NCBI GenBank assembly: GCA_037380845.1
Contig: JARRRI010000035.1
Coordinates: forward strand, 1-64,000
Direction of reading: 5' to 3'
Source of the DNA: Candidatus Sulfobium sp.
GTDB taxonomy: Bacteria > Nitrospirota > Thermodesulfovibrionia > Thermodesulfovibrionales > UBA6898
Length of the DNA stretch: 64,000 nt
The translations under genes were made by a program, and so were the position numbers. The notes beneath the pieces are model-generated. The model saw only the letters and a list, made by a program, of their open reading frames with translations, ran no database searches and had not been told where the DNA came from. This document shows, one piece after another, positions 1 through 8,874 of this stretch (position 1 is the stretch's first letter; every line of letters starts with the position of its first letter).

Positions 1-413
1 ATAATCAGGTGGCGGGCAGTATCGAGAAGCTGTGCGTCAACCCTCTCCAGAAGCTGTCCTTTGTATTGCCCATAAAGCAGGAGACAGAAAGCGGCTATAA
101 TTATCACTACGGCGCCCGTATAGAAGAGTGTCAGGCGGAGCCTGAATGTTTTAATAATCATGTCGTTTCATGGTTTGCCAAAGGTTCTTAGACGGAAAGC
201 GGATATGCAGAAAGCCGCGCTCTCCCGGCAGAGGAATTGCTGCTGCATGCCTTCTTCGAACCCATTCAGAGGAATGGCCAATACTCGTCATACGTTCGGA
301 ATATTATAAAACGAAAGCCCTCCAAAAATCCCGAAAACCTGGTGTCGTCCATAACTCGCGAGACATTCCGGCGATGACTCCGGCCTGTGAAAGTCCGTCA
401 TCCGAAAAAAGAG

Positions 414-441
414 TTGACTCGGTGGGAATTTGTGATAACCT
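414..441 (+). promoter_or_regulatory. Putative sigma70 promoter of surface-protein module 1
   Basis: TTGACT-16nt-TAACCT with TG extension; conserved in paralogous copy at 3273-3301. Confidence 0.5.
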
Positions 442-555
442 TCTATGAGCATGTCCGATATGATGTATTGCATAAAACTCTGTTTGCCTTACCGGCCAGG
501 CACACACAGCATTTGTTTTCAAATCAGATTCTAAATAAACAAAGGAGGAAGCGAG

Positions 556-2787
556 ATGCAGCAGAAGAGAGTTTACCGAGGGTACGGGGCAGTGATCTTC
601 GCGTTACTGGTGACGTTGATTCTTACGGGGTGGCTGACAACACCGGCGTTTGCAGCCGGACAGATCAACTTCTCACTGTGCATAAATGACAACGGCGCAG
701 GTTCGAAACACGACGGCACAATAGACCTTTGCGACTGGTCTAACGGGGCTATCAATACGGTCAACTCCGATTATGCCGAAAGCGATGGGGTTCCTCCAGC
801 CTTTGGCATCGCCATGGCCACGCCGGTCCCGATAGCATCAGACACATTCGACAGCGTATCAGGCGCGGAGCATCCCCCTTTCCCGGAAAGGGCCATGCTC
901 GTCGGGTGTAAAAGTTTGAGCGGTCTTGCAGACGGCTGCACTAACTTCAGCTATAGTATTTCCCATATTCCGTCGACCACCTGCTACCACAACTGCGGGA
1001 CGAGCACCGCTCAGGTCACTGTGGGTTTCGACACGGTTTCCGGCGGAGATCATCTCATAACAATATATTTCTCCGGTGAACTGTCGGCCGCTTCATTCTG
1101 GGGTGCCGGGTTCGGAGCCAGTTCCGCTCCGGGGGCCTCCTTCCATATGAGGCTGACAGAGGTCGACGGCGGCTCTGTGGGAAATCAGGACAACCAGATC
1201 CAGGTCCCGAAGGAGGCGCACAACGCCGATCTGGCGATCACGAAGACGGCTCCGGAAACAATCGTCGCAGGGAACGAACTCACCTATGTAATAAATGTCA
1301 CCAACAGCGGTCCCGACGCTGCTACGGCCGTTGTCGTTGACGATACCCTTCCGCTTTCGTCCAATGTGACTTACGTTTCTTCCTCTCCCAGCCAGGGCTC
1401 CTGTTCCCTGTCGTCCAACGATCTCTCATGTGATATAGGGCTCTTAAACCCTGGCGGAACAGCCACCATAACAGTAGTCCTCGATGTTGATTCCGCCACG
1501 GCAGACGGCACTCAACTCATCAATACCGCTACTGTAACCGGCAACATCACGGACCCGACTCCGGGCGACAATACCGCGCAGACAACGACAACCGTTACCG
1601 CGCCACCTCCTCCTCAGGTCGACCTGTCGGTTGAAAAAACGGACAATCCGGACCCGGTGACCGCAGGGGATAACCTTACTTATACGGTTACCGTTACAAA
1701 CAACAGTACTGTGAATAGTGCGACCGGCGTCACTCTGACGGATTCTCTGCCGCCGCGGACGACCTACATTTCGGCAACCCCCAGTCAGGGCTCATGCAGC
1801 GAGACCGGCGGTATAGTTACGTGCAATCTTGGAGGTCTTGCAACAGGGGCTTCAGCTACGGTCACCATAGTCGTCAATGTGAAGGCGTCGACGCCGGCGG
1901 GAACAATTTCCAATACGGCAACGGTGACGGGAGACCAGCAGGACCCGAACCTCACAAATAATTCGACGACTGAAGAGACCACAGTAGTATCAAACCCCGA
2001 CCTGTCGATAACGAAGTCCGACAATCCGGACCCCATAACTTCCGGCGATCAGCTCACTTACACACTCCACGTGGCCAACAGCGGTCCCTCGGACGCCTTC
2101 GGCGTAACGGTTACCGACACCCTGCCCTCGGAAGCTGCTTTCATCTCCGCATCAACAGGGTGCTCCGCCGTCGGTCAGGTCGTCACCTGTACGATATCAC
2201 AGCTGCCGGTCGGCGGGAGCCAGGACTTCAATATCGTTGTCCTGGTTACGAGTGCATCGCCGACTATCATCACCAACACTGCCACTGTAACAGGCAATTT
2301 CACGGATCCAACTCCGGGCGACAATACGGCAACTGCCGATACGACCGTGAATGTGCCCGAGGTGCCGGCTGATGTATCCATAGTCAAGACTGCGCCGGGA
2401 ACGGTAGCCATGGGGTCTTCCTTCAACTATTCGCTGACCGTCACCAACAACGGTCCGGGGACCGCTACACATGTGACCGTCACGGACGTGCTTCCGAATG
2501 AAGTTTCCTTCGTTTCCGCTGCGCCCCAGAGCGGTACATGTGCGGTGGCGAATGATGTACTTACCTGCGAACTCGGTGACATGTCAAACGGGGCGAGTCT
2601 GAACATCACGGTAACGGTACAGGCAGACCCGGCATTTTTCGGTACTATAACGAATACCGGGGTCGTGGCAGCCGGAGGAGACGACAACCCGAACAATAAC
2701 CAGTCCACCGTTAACACGACAGTCCCTTCTCCACCACCGCCTCCTCCTCCGTCATCTCCGTTGGCGGTCCCGACCATCAGCGAATAG
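556..2787 (+). CDS. Secreted DUF11-repeat (Ig-like) surface protein; C-terminal IPTL-CTERM-type anchor cut off by an in-frame TAG (reading frame continues to 2859)
   Basis: AGGAGG RBS, signal peptide, four DLSITK..GD.LTYT..V.N.GP repeats, Pro linker, VPTISE*GMILFMLLAGAGALSSLLKKGRT. Confidence 0.85.
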   Translation: MQQKRVYRGYGAVIFALLVTLILTGWLTTPAFAAGQINFSLCINDNGAGSKHDGTIDLCDWSNGAINTVNSDYAESDGVPPAFGIAMATPVPIASDTFDSVSGAEHPPFPERAMLVGCKSLSGLADGCTNFSYSISHIPSTTCYHNCGTSTAQVTVGFDTVSGGDHLITIYFSGELSAASFWGAGFGASSAPGASFHMRLTEVDGGSVGNQDNQIQVPKEAHNADLAITKTAPETIVAGNELTYVINVTNSGPDAATAVVVDDTLPLSSNVTYVSSSPSQGSCSLSSNDLSCDIGLLNPGGTATITVVLDVDSATADGTQLINTATVTGNITDPTPGDNTAQTTTTVTAPPPPQVDLSVEKTDNPDPVTAGDNLTYTVTVTNNSTVNSATGVTLTDSLPPRTTYISATPSQGSCSETGGIVTCNLGGLATGASATVTIVVNVKASTPAGTISNTATVTGDQQDPNLTNNSTTEETTVVSNPDLSITKSDNPDPITSGDQLTYTLHVANSGPSDAFGVTVTDTLPSEAAFISASTGCSAVGQVVTCTISQLPVGGSQDFNIVVLVTSASPTIITNTATVTGNFTDPTPGDNTATADTTVNVPEVPADVSIVKTAPGTVAMGSSFNYSLTVTNNGPGTATHVTVTDVLPNEVSFVSAAPQSGTCAVANDVLTCELGDMSNGASLNITVTVQADPAFFGTITNTGVVAAGGDDNPNNNQSTVNTTVPSPPPPPPPSSPLAVPTISE

Positions 2788-2921
2788 GGGATGATCCTGT
2801 TTATGCTGTTGGCCGGTGCCGGAGCCTTATCCTCCCTTCTCAAAAAGGGGAGGACTTAGGCGGTCAATGTCAATCTTCATGCTTCGGCGGGTGCTCTCTT
2901 AGCCGCCGGGACTCAGCAGAT

Positions 2922-3060
2922 CTCAAGGCCCGGGAATCCCGGGCCTTTCTTTTTCGCCGGACCGCCGCCCCTTCAAAAGCGGCAGCCGATTGCAGGCGTC
3001 CGGCTGTCTCTGTTAAAGTTGAAAGGTACTTTTCAAAAATACCACAGAAGACTGCAGGAA
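2922..3060 (+). repeat. ~140-bp trailer repeat, copy 1 (copy 2 at ~4303-4439)
   Basis: Near-identical sequence from ctcaaggcccggg to gaagactgcaggaa after both IPTL-CTERM genes. Confidence 0.9.
2925..2954 (+). terminator. Rho-independent terminator
   Basis: AAGGCCCGGG-AAT-CCCGGGCCTT hairpin plus T-rich tract. Confidence 0.8.
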
Positions 3061-3272
3061 AGGAAAAGCCCGGGTGCGGAAACCTCTTGACAGAGGGAGT
3101 GCTGCGGAATGTGTAATTCTCATCCCTTCGAACGGATGGGCAATGCTTATCATACTTTCCGGCTGTTATAGAATGAGCCGTACAAAAATCCCAAAACCTC
3201 AGCCTCTCATAACCGCGTCATACACACCGATAATAAAACCTCGCTTTGAACATCTCCGACCGGAAAAAAGAG

Positions 3273-3301
3273 TTGACTTGGCCGAGGATATTTGATAGCC
3301 T
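3273..3301 (+). promoter_or_regulatory. Putative sigma70 promoter of module 2
   Basis: TTGACT-17nt-TAGCCT with TG extension, homologous to 414-441. Confidence 0.5.
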
Positions 3302-3413
3302 TACTAAGAATGTGTTCGACCCCACGTTTTCGTCAGACCTCCGTTGTTTGACGCGCGGCATGATAGCAATGACCGGATTTGCAGCACATTCCAAATAAGC
3401 GAGGAGGAACCAG

Positions 3414-3512
3414 ATGCACAAGAAGAAACGTTACCGAAGGTACGGGGCGGGAATCTTCATTTTAATCTTGTCGTTTATTCTATTTGATGGGGAAAGGGAT
3501 GTTTCATCCTGA
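3414..3512 (+). pseudogene. Orphan signal-peptide fragment paralogous to the N-terminus of 556..2787
   Basis: GAGGAGG RBS then MHKKKRYRRYGAGIFILILSFILF..* versus MQQKRVYRGYGAVIFALLVTLIL. Confidence 0.65.
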
Positions 3513-3574
3513 AGAAGAGGGGTGGGACAAAAGAAAAATTTCTTTTGAATTTATTTTGAACAAGGGGGAATAAG

Positions 3575-4249
3575 ATGCGAACAAAGATGATAACACGATG
3601 TCCGACGGTCGGGAGCCCCATTGCCGTAGGGCAAACGGGCTTGAACTGGTCTTTCACGATAACAAACCAGTCGTCAACGCCGAATGATGTGGACACCATA
3701 CAGGTCACCGATGCCATCACTGCTAATACCGGCATCTATTTCACGACGACCTGCGGCAGTTCAGGGACCCCGGCGCTACCCTGCCCCGGAGGGGCGCAGG
3801 AAGCACCTAATACAATCACGATAAACCCTCTGATCGCAACAGGCCAGGCGGGAACCGCCTGTGCCGGCGTCACCTTCACCGTTGCTCCCACGGCGAATCC
3901 GAACGAATATTCATTTACCCCGTCTTCAACGGTTGTCCTCGGAGACAGCAGCACCGGCGGAGCTGCGGCGACATGCGTAGTGAACTTCACAGTTGACGTC
4001 AACACCCAGCCCGTAAACGATTCCTCAGGCAGCGCCGGCCTGCAAACCTCTCAGCTGGCACGGGTGAGCATGGCGGACACTGAAACGGCAGAAACCGGGT
4101 TTGCTTCCGGTTCTTCGACGGTCACGGTCACTTTTACTCCGCCGCCGCCGGTGTCGGTTCCGACCATGAACGAATGGGGGATGATCCTTTTCACGCTGCT
4201 GGCAGGGCTCGGCGCAGTATCTGTGTTACTCAGAGAAGGGAGTGCTTAG
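3575..4249 (+). CDS. Thr/Ser/Cys-rich IPTL-CTERM-type surface protein lacking a hydrophobic signal peptide (possibly damaged)
   Basis: C-terminal PPPPVSVPTMNEWGMILFTLLAGLGAVSVLLREGSA sorting motif. Confidence 0.7.
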   Translation: MRTKMITRCPTVGSPIAVGQTGLNWSFTITNQSSTPNDVDTIQVTDAITANTGIYFTTTCGSSGTPALPCPGGAQEAPNTITINPLIATGQAGTACAGVTFTVAPTANPNEYSFTPSSTVVLGDSSTGGAAATCVVNFTVDVNTQPVNDSSGSAGLQTSQLARVSMADTETAETGFASGSSTVTVTFTPPPPVSVPTMNEWGMILFTLLAGLGAVSVLLREGSA

Positions 4250-4302
4250 CCGGTCAGTCTTTATGCGCGGGGGAACTTAGCCCGCCGCAGATAAAATTCA
4301 TA

Positions 4303-4439
4303 CTCAAGGCCCGGGAATCCCGGGCCTTTCTTTTTCGCCGGACCGCCGCCCCTGCAAAAGAGGCAGCCGATTGCAGGCTTCCGGCTGTCTCTGTTAAAGT
4401 TGAAAGATGCTGCTGAAAACACCATGAAGACTGCAGGAA
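4303..4439 (+). repeat. ~140-bp trailer repeat, copy 2, including terminator 4306-4335
   Basis: Matches 2922-3060. Confidence 0.9.
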
Positions 4440-4449
4440 GTGAAGAGTC

Positions 4450-5985
4450 GTGATACTCCTGATCCATCCCCCCGCAGCCAAACCCTCCGAGCCGCCTGCC
4501 GGCATCGCGAGGCTGGCAGGCATGCTGGACAGCTACGGTGTCGAGCACGGCGTCCTTGACGCAAACCTGGAGGGTCTGCTTTATCTCCTGGGAAGACCGG
4601 CGCCGGCCGGAACGGCAGGTGACGCATGGTCGAAGAGGGCCTTTCGCCACATAGACTCCACCCTGAAATCGCTGAGACGTCCCGGCCTGTACGATAATAT
4701 CGACCGCTACGGGAGGGCAGTGAAAGACATGGGGCGTGTACTGAACAGAGTTTCACCTCCTCATATTTCGCCGGGCATCGTCAATTACGAGGACAAGGAC
4801 CTTTCCCCTTTAAAAAGCGCCGACTTACTCACTTCGGCGGAAAGGCCGGACATGAACCTCTTCTATCCCTACTTCAGCTCCAGGCTGCGTGAACTGTTCC
4901 GGAGGAAGGCGCCTTCGATGGTGGGGATTTCCCTGAATTACCTGAGCCAGGCACTGTGTGCCTTTTCCATCATGGGTCATCTAAGACGTGAATTCCCGGG
5001 GATAAGGATCGTGCTCGGAGGGGGCCTTGTCACCTCCTGGATGAAAAACTCCGCATGGCGGAATCCCTTCGCCGGCCTCGTCGACCATCTTGTCGCGGGT
5101 CCCGGAGAAATTCCACTTCTCTCCCTTCTTGCTCTGCGTGTGCGGGATGGACAAATCGCCCCTCCCACGTACGGTCCTTTCCCCCGGGGTGACTATCTTT
5201 CGCCGGGTTTCATCCTGCCCTACGCCGCCTCGACCGGCTGTTACTGGCACAAGTGTTCCTTCTGTCCTGAGAAAGCCGAGGGCAACCCATACCGGCCCCT
5301 TCCGCCCGTACGCGCCGTGGCAGAGCTGCGAGAGCTTGTCCGGGAAACAGACGCAACACTCGTGCATCTTCTCGACAACGCAATAAGCCCGGCCCTTTTC
5401 GATGCTCTTACAGGCGAAAATGTGTCCTTTCCATGGTATGGCTTTGCCAGAATAGGTCCACGGCTCGCCGACCCCGACTTCTGCATTGCCCTGAAAAGAT
5501 CAGGCTGCGTCATGCTTAAGCTCGGCATCGAGTCCGGGGACCAGGCCCTCCTGGATTTAATGCAGAAGGGGACTGACGTTCAGGCCGCATCCAGGGCCCT
5601 GAGGAACCTGAAAAGAGCGGGGATAGGCTCCTATGTCTACCTCCTGTTCGGAACGCCCGCTGAGACAGAGGCAAGTGCCCGCAGGACACTGGAATTCACG
5701 ACAAGGCATGCCGACTGTATTGACTTTCTAAACCTCGCCATTTTCAACATGCCTGTGTGCGGCGCCACGGATCACGGAATCAGGACCATGAAGTTCTACG
5801 AGGGGGACCTCTCACTTTATACCGACTTCATTCATCCGAAAGGATGGGACAGGAAGCGTGTCCGCCTCTTCCTTGACAGTGAGTTCAGGCGTAATCCGGC
5901 CGTTGCTGCAATCCTGAAAAACGACCCTCCGTCATTCACTTCGAATCACGCAGCATTCTTTGTGACGGGATGCAGACAGCGATAA
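4450..5985 (+). CDS. B12-binding-domain radical SAM protein
   Basis: CYWHKCSFC CxxxCxxC motif, LGIESG, N-terminal cobalamin-binding-like region. Confidence 0.85.
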   Translation: MILLIHPPAAKPSEPPAGIARLAGMLDSYGVEHGVLDANLEGLLYLLGRPAPAGTAGDAWSKRAFRHIDSTLKSLRRPGLYDNIDRYGRAVKDMGRVLNRVSPPHISPGIVNYEDKDLSPLKSADLLTSAERPDMNLFYPYFSSRLRELFRRKAPSMVGISLNYLSQALCAFSIMGHLRREFPGIRIVLGGGLVTSWMKNSAWRNPFAGLVDHLVAGPGEIPLLSLLALRVRDGQIAPPTYGPFPRGDYLSPGFILPYAASTGCYWHKCSFCPEKAEGNPYRPLPPVRAVAELRELVRETDATLVHLLDNAISPALFDALTGENVSFPWYGFARIGPRLADPDFCIALKRSGCVMLKLGIESGDQALLDLMQKGTDVQAASRALRNLKRAGIGSYVYLLFGTPAETEASARRTLEFTTRHADCIDFLNLAIFNMPVCGATDHGIRTMKFYEGDLSLYTDFIHPKGWDRKRVRLFLDSEFRRNPAVAAILKNDPPSFTSNHAAFFVTGCRQR

Positions 5986-6013
5986 GCCCGATCCCGGCGT
6001 GCTAAAATAAAGA

Positions 6014-7510
6014 GTGGAGAAAGAACTGAACATCCCTGAGATCCTCGAAGGACAGAATAAAAAGCTTTCAATCCTTTACGAAATAGCCCTCACCGTCGGT
6101 AAGTCTCTCGACTTGAAGACAATTCTGGACGACGTGCTGCAGAAGATAATAGACTTTATGGGCGTTGATGCCGGGGTTATATACGTCATAGATGACGAGA
6201 CCCTGGAAATGATACCCGTCTCTTTCAGAAACCTCTCCAGGGCTGTAGTGACCGACCTGTGCGAAAACAGGGTCAGGGTCGGGGAGTGTATGTGCGGGAC
6301 CATCGCACAATGCGACAAAGAGGTAGTCATCCTCGAGAAGGCCTCGCAGGACCCGCGGTTTACCAGGGGGGTGCTGAGGAAAGAAGGTATGGAGTTCTAC
6401 GCAGGCCTCCCGCTTAAGGCGAGGGGAAGGGTGGTAGGCGTTTTGTGCGTGATTACACATTCACACTATTCGCCGGACTCCGAGCTGCTCGACATACTCA
6501 GGGCGGCAACCCAGCCGATCAGCCTTGCCATAGAAAACGCCCGTATCTTCGAATCCGCAAGGAAAGAAGCGGAAGCCAACAGCCGGTATTTCAACTTCGA
6601 TGGGATCATCGCCAGCAGCCCGAGGATGATGGATGTCCTCGGTCTGGTAAGGAAGATCACGGACGTCCAGTCCAGCATCCTCATATACGGCGAAAGCGGC
6701 ACGGGAAAGGAGCTCATCGCACGGGCAATACATTTTAACAGCACCAGAAGGGACAAACCGTTCGTAGCAGTAAACTGTGCGGCGATCAATGAAAACCTGC
6801 TTGAATCCGAGTTGTTCGGATACGTCAGGGGCGCATTTACGGGAGCCGTCTCCGACAAGGAGGGTCTGCTTGATGCCGCAAACGGCGGCACCATCTTCCT
6901 CGACGAAGTGGACGCCATGAGCAGAAACCTGCAGGTCAAGCTTTTGCGGGTACTCCAGGACGGCACATTCATACGGGTCGGGGGCACCCGTCCGTCCACG
7001 GTCGATATCAGGGTCATAGCCGCAACGAACCAGGACCTCGAAGAAGCTATCAAAAAGAAACAGTTCAGGGACGACCTTTATTACAGGCTGAACGTAATCA
7101 AGATAGACCTTCCCCCCCTGAGGGAGAGGTCCGAGGACATCCCCCTCCTGGCAAGGTATTTCATGGTCAACTTCGGCAGGAAGATGGGAAAGAATATACG
7201 CGGTATAGACAGAGACGCGATGGAGGCCCTGATGACTTACTCTTGGCCCGGCAACATAAGGGAGCTGCAGAATACACTGGAGAGGGCCGTGGTAGTCTCG
7301 GAAGCGGATGATATCCAGCTGTCGGATCTGCCCCCGGCTGTCGCTGATTCCGTAGCGGAGCCAGGACACGGCATTCATGACTGGACCCTCAGGAAGGCGG
7401 AAATGGAACACATACGTAAGGTCCTTAACCTCGCCGGCGGCAATAAGAAGAAGGCGGCCGCCCTTCTGGGCCTTGACTCATCGACTCTGTGGAGGAAGCT
7501 GAGACGATAG
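6014..7510 (+). CDS. GAF-domain sigma54-dependent transcriptional activator (Fis HTH)
   Basis: GESGTGKE Walker A, ESELFG..GAFTGA, FLDE, C-terminal HTH. Confidence 0.95.
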   Translation: MEKELNIPEILEGQNKKLSILYEIALTVGKSLDLKTILDDVLQKIIDFMGVDAGVIYVIDDETLEMIPVSFRNLSRAVVTDLCENRVRVGECMCGTIAQCDKEVVILEKASQDPRFTRGVLRKEGMEFYAGLPLKARGRVVGVLCVITHSHYSPDSELLDILRAATQPISLAIENARIFESARKEAEANSRYFNFDGIIASSPRMMDVLGLVRKITDVQSSILIYGESGTGKELIARAIHFNSTRRDKPFVAVNCAAINENLLESELFGYVRGAFTGAVSDKEGLLDAANGGTIFLDEVDAMSRNLQVKLLRVLQDGTFIRVGGTRPSTVDIRVIAATNQDLEEAIKKKQFRDDLYYRLNVIKIDLPPLRERSEDIPLLARYFMVNFGRKMGKNIRGIDRDAMEALMTYSWPGNIRELQNTLERAVVVSEADDIQLSDLPPAVADSVAEPGHGIHDWTLRKAEMEHIRKVLNLAGGNKKKAAALLGLDSSTLWRKLRR

Positions 7511-7548
7511 GAAACGTTTGTCCAAATGCAGGGCCAGTCTGTACCGTC

Positions 7549-7646
7549 TTGCATTTTGCAATCCGTCAAACATACTCACAAAGGGGTCTGGACTGCCGGC
7601 GGGCTATATCAAAGGGTTCTGCGTCGCAAAGAATTGCATTTTGCAA
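7549..7646. promoter_or_regulatory. Two identical palindromes TTGCATTTTGCAA (7549-7561, 7634-7646), candidate activator binding sites
   Basis: Exact repeat 85 bp apart between the activator gene and the OsmC/DsrE operon. Confidence 0.6.
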
Positions 7647-7736
7647 CCCTTTTTGCGTCTATGGGCACGCCCGTGATAGAACTCCTGTCGTAACTCCCCG
7701 AATTTAAGTACATCTTAACAGATGGGAGGTAAAGAA

Positions 7737-8288
7737 ATGGCAACTGTCAAAGCAGAAGGCAAAGGACTTGTAAACGGACTCGACACGGGACAGCTCATGA
7801 ACGTGGTCAAGACCGTCAAAGAAAACTGGGAAGCAGGCAAAACAACCTGGAAGGCGTCCACAACCTGGAAAGGCGGCTTTAAAGTCGAGACCTGCTCCAG
7901 GGAATTCAGTCTCCTGGCCGACGAACCGGAGATGTTGTGCGGGACGAATACGGCTGCAAACCCCGTGGAGATGGTTCTTCAGGCTTACGGGGCGTGCCTG
8001 ACCATAGGATACGCGATGAACGCTGCAGTCCGCGGCATCCGTCTTGACGACATCAGAATCGATTTGGAAGGCGAGATTGACCTGCCCGGCTTCCTCGGTC
8101 TGGAGCCTCCGGAAAGCCTCCATATGGACAAGCTGCCCGGCTACAAGACTATCACGGCCAGGGTGCATATAAAGAGCGACGCAGACCACGAGGTCCTTCA
8201 GAAACTCCATGAACAGGTCATGAGCACCTCTCCGGTGGGGGTAACTCTCGCGCGTCCGGTCAAGATCGAGGCGCACCTGGAGTCATAA
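7737..8288 (+). CDS. OsmC-family protein
   Basis: GGAGG RBS; DEP..L.G...AANPVE..L.A.GAC motif; SPV near C-terminus. Confidence 0.85.
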   Translation: MATVKAEGKGLVNGLDTGQLMNVVKTVKENWEAGKTTWKASTTWKGGFKVETCSREFSLLADEPEMLCGTNTAANPVEMVLQAYGACLTIGYAMNAAVRGIRLDDIRIDLEGEIDLPGFLGLEPPESLHMDKLPGYKTITARVHIKSDADHEVLQKLHEQVMSTSPVGVTLARPVKIEAHLES

Positions 8289-8708
8289 ATGCAGGAACTG
8301 CTGAACATCTCGGAACAAAGAAAGCCGGAGGCGCCCCTGGAAGAAGACGTTTTTATTGTCCTCTGTGCCACGGGGTTCGAAAATACGGCCCGGGTCCGCT
8401 CGGCCCTTATGTTCGCCGCTCTTGCCGCATCGGCCAATTACAGGACCGTCCTTTACTGTATCCAGGGTGCTGTAGACGTGATGGTACGAGGAGCGCTCGA
8501 AGGATTGAGAGACAGGGAGCAGGGAGTTCCCACCGTCGCAGAGAGGCTCGAAGAGGCCCTTGCAGCGGGAGTAGAAATACAGTGCTGCACGCAGACCATG
8601 GCAAACAAGGGTATTACCGAAGCTGATCTTCTCCCGGGAGTAAAGCCGGCCGGTGCGATGAACCTGATCGCCATGACTTCAACTGCCAAAGGGTCTCTTA
8701 GCTTCTAA
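8289..8708 (+). CDS. DsrE/DsrF-like family protein
   Basis: GVEIQCCTQTM...GAM pattern typical of DsrE-like proteins; abuts the OsmC gene. Confidence 0.75.
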   Translation: MQELLNISEQRKPEAPLEEDVFIVLCATGFENTARVRSALMFAALAASANYRTVLYCIQGAVDVMVRGALEGLRDREQGVPTVAERLEEALAAGVEIQCCTQTMANKGITEADLLPGVKPAGAMNLIAMTSTAKGSLSF

Positions 8709-8759
8709 CCTCTCCCCTTCCCCCCCATTCCCGTGGTCAAAGAAAAGGGGTGAGGCGAA

Positions 8760-8788
8760 GCCGGGGGGACACCAAAGTCCCCCCGGCC
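8760..8788. terminator. GC hairpin between convergent genes
   Basis: GCCGGGGGGAC-ACCAAA-GTCCCCCCGGC. Confidence 0.45.
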
Positions 8789-8874
8789 CCTCCTAACCTG
8801 GACTATTCAGAGGCGAAGGGAGTTTCCTGACCGCATCTGAAGATTATGAATAATGTAGGGTCCGGCGCTCCGGA

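Noticed and set aside
150..185. c-di-GMP-I riboswitch-like GGCAAACC on the minus strand
   Set aside because: Remaining P1/P2 consensus not found and orientation is opposite to the gene.
9..191. 60-aa ORF at window start
   Set aside because: No recognisable motif or RBS; may be the tail of an upstream feature.
2785..2787. Pyrrolysine or genome-wide amber recoding
   Set aside because: TAG terminates ordinary genes here (e.g. 7510, 11315); no pyl genes in the window; the position is a Trp in the paralogue.
7662..7678. Sigma54 -24/-12 promoter GGGCACGCCCGTGAT
   Set aside because: The -24 box fits but the -12 GC is absent at the required spacing; not called.
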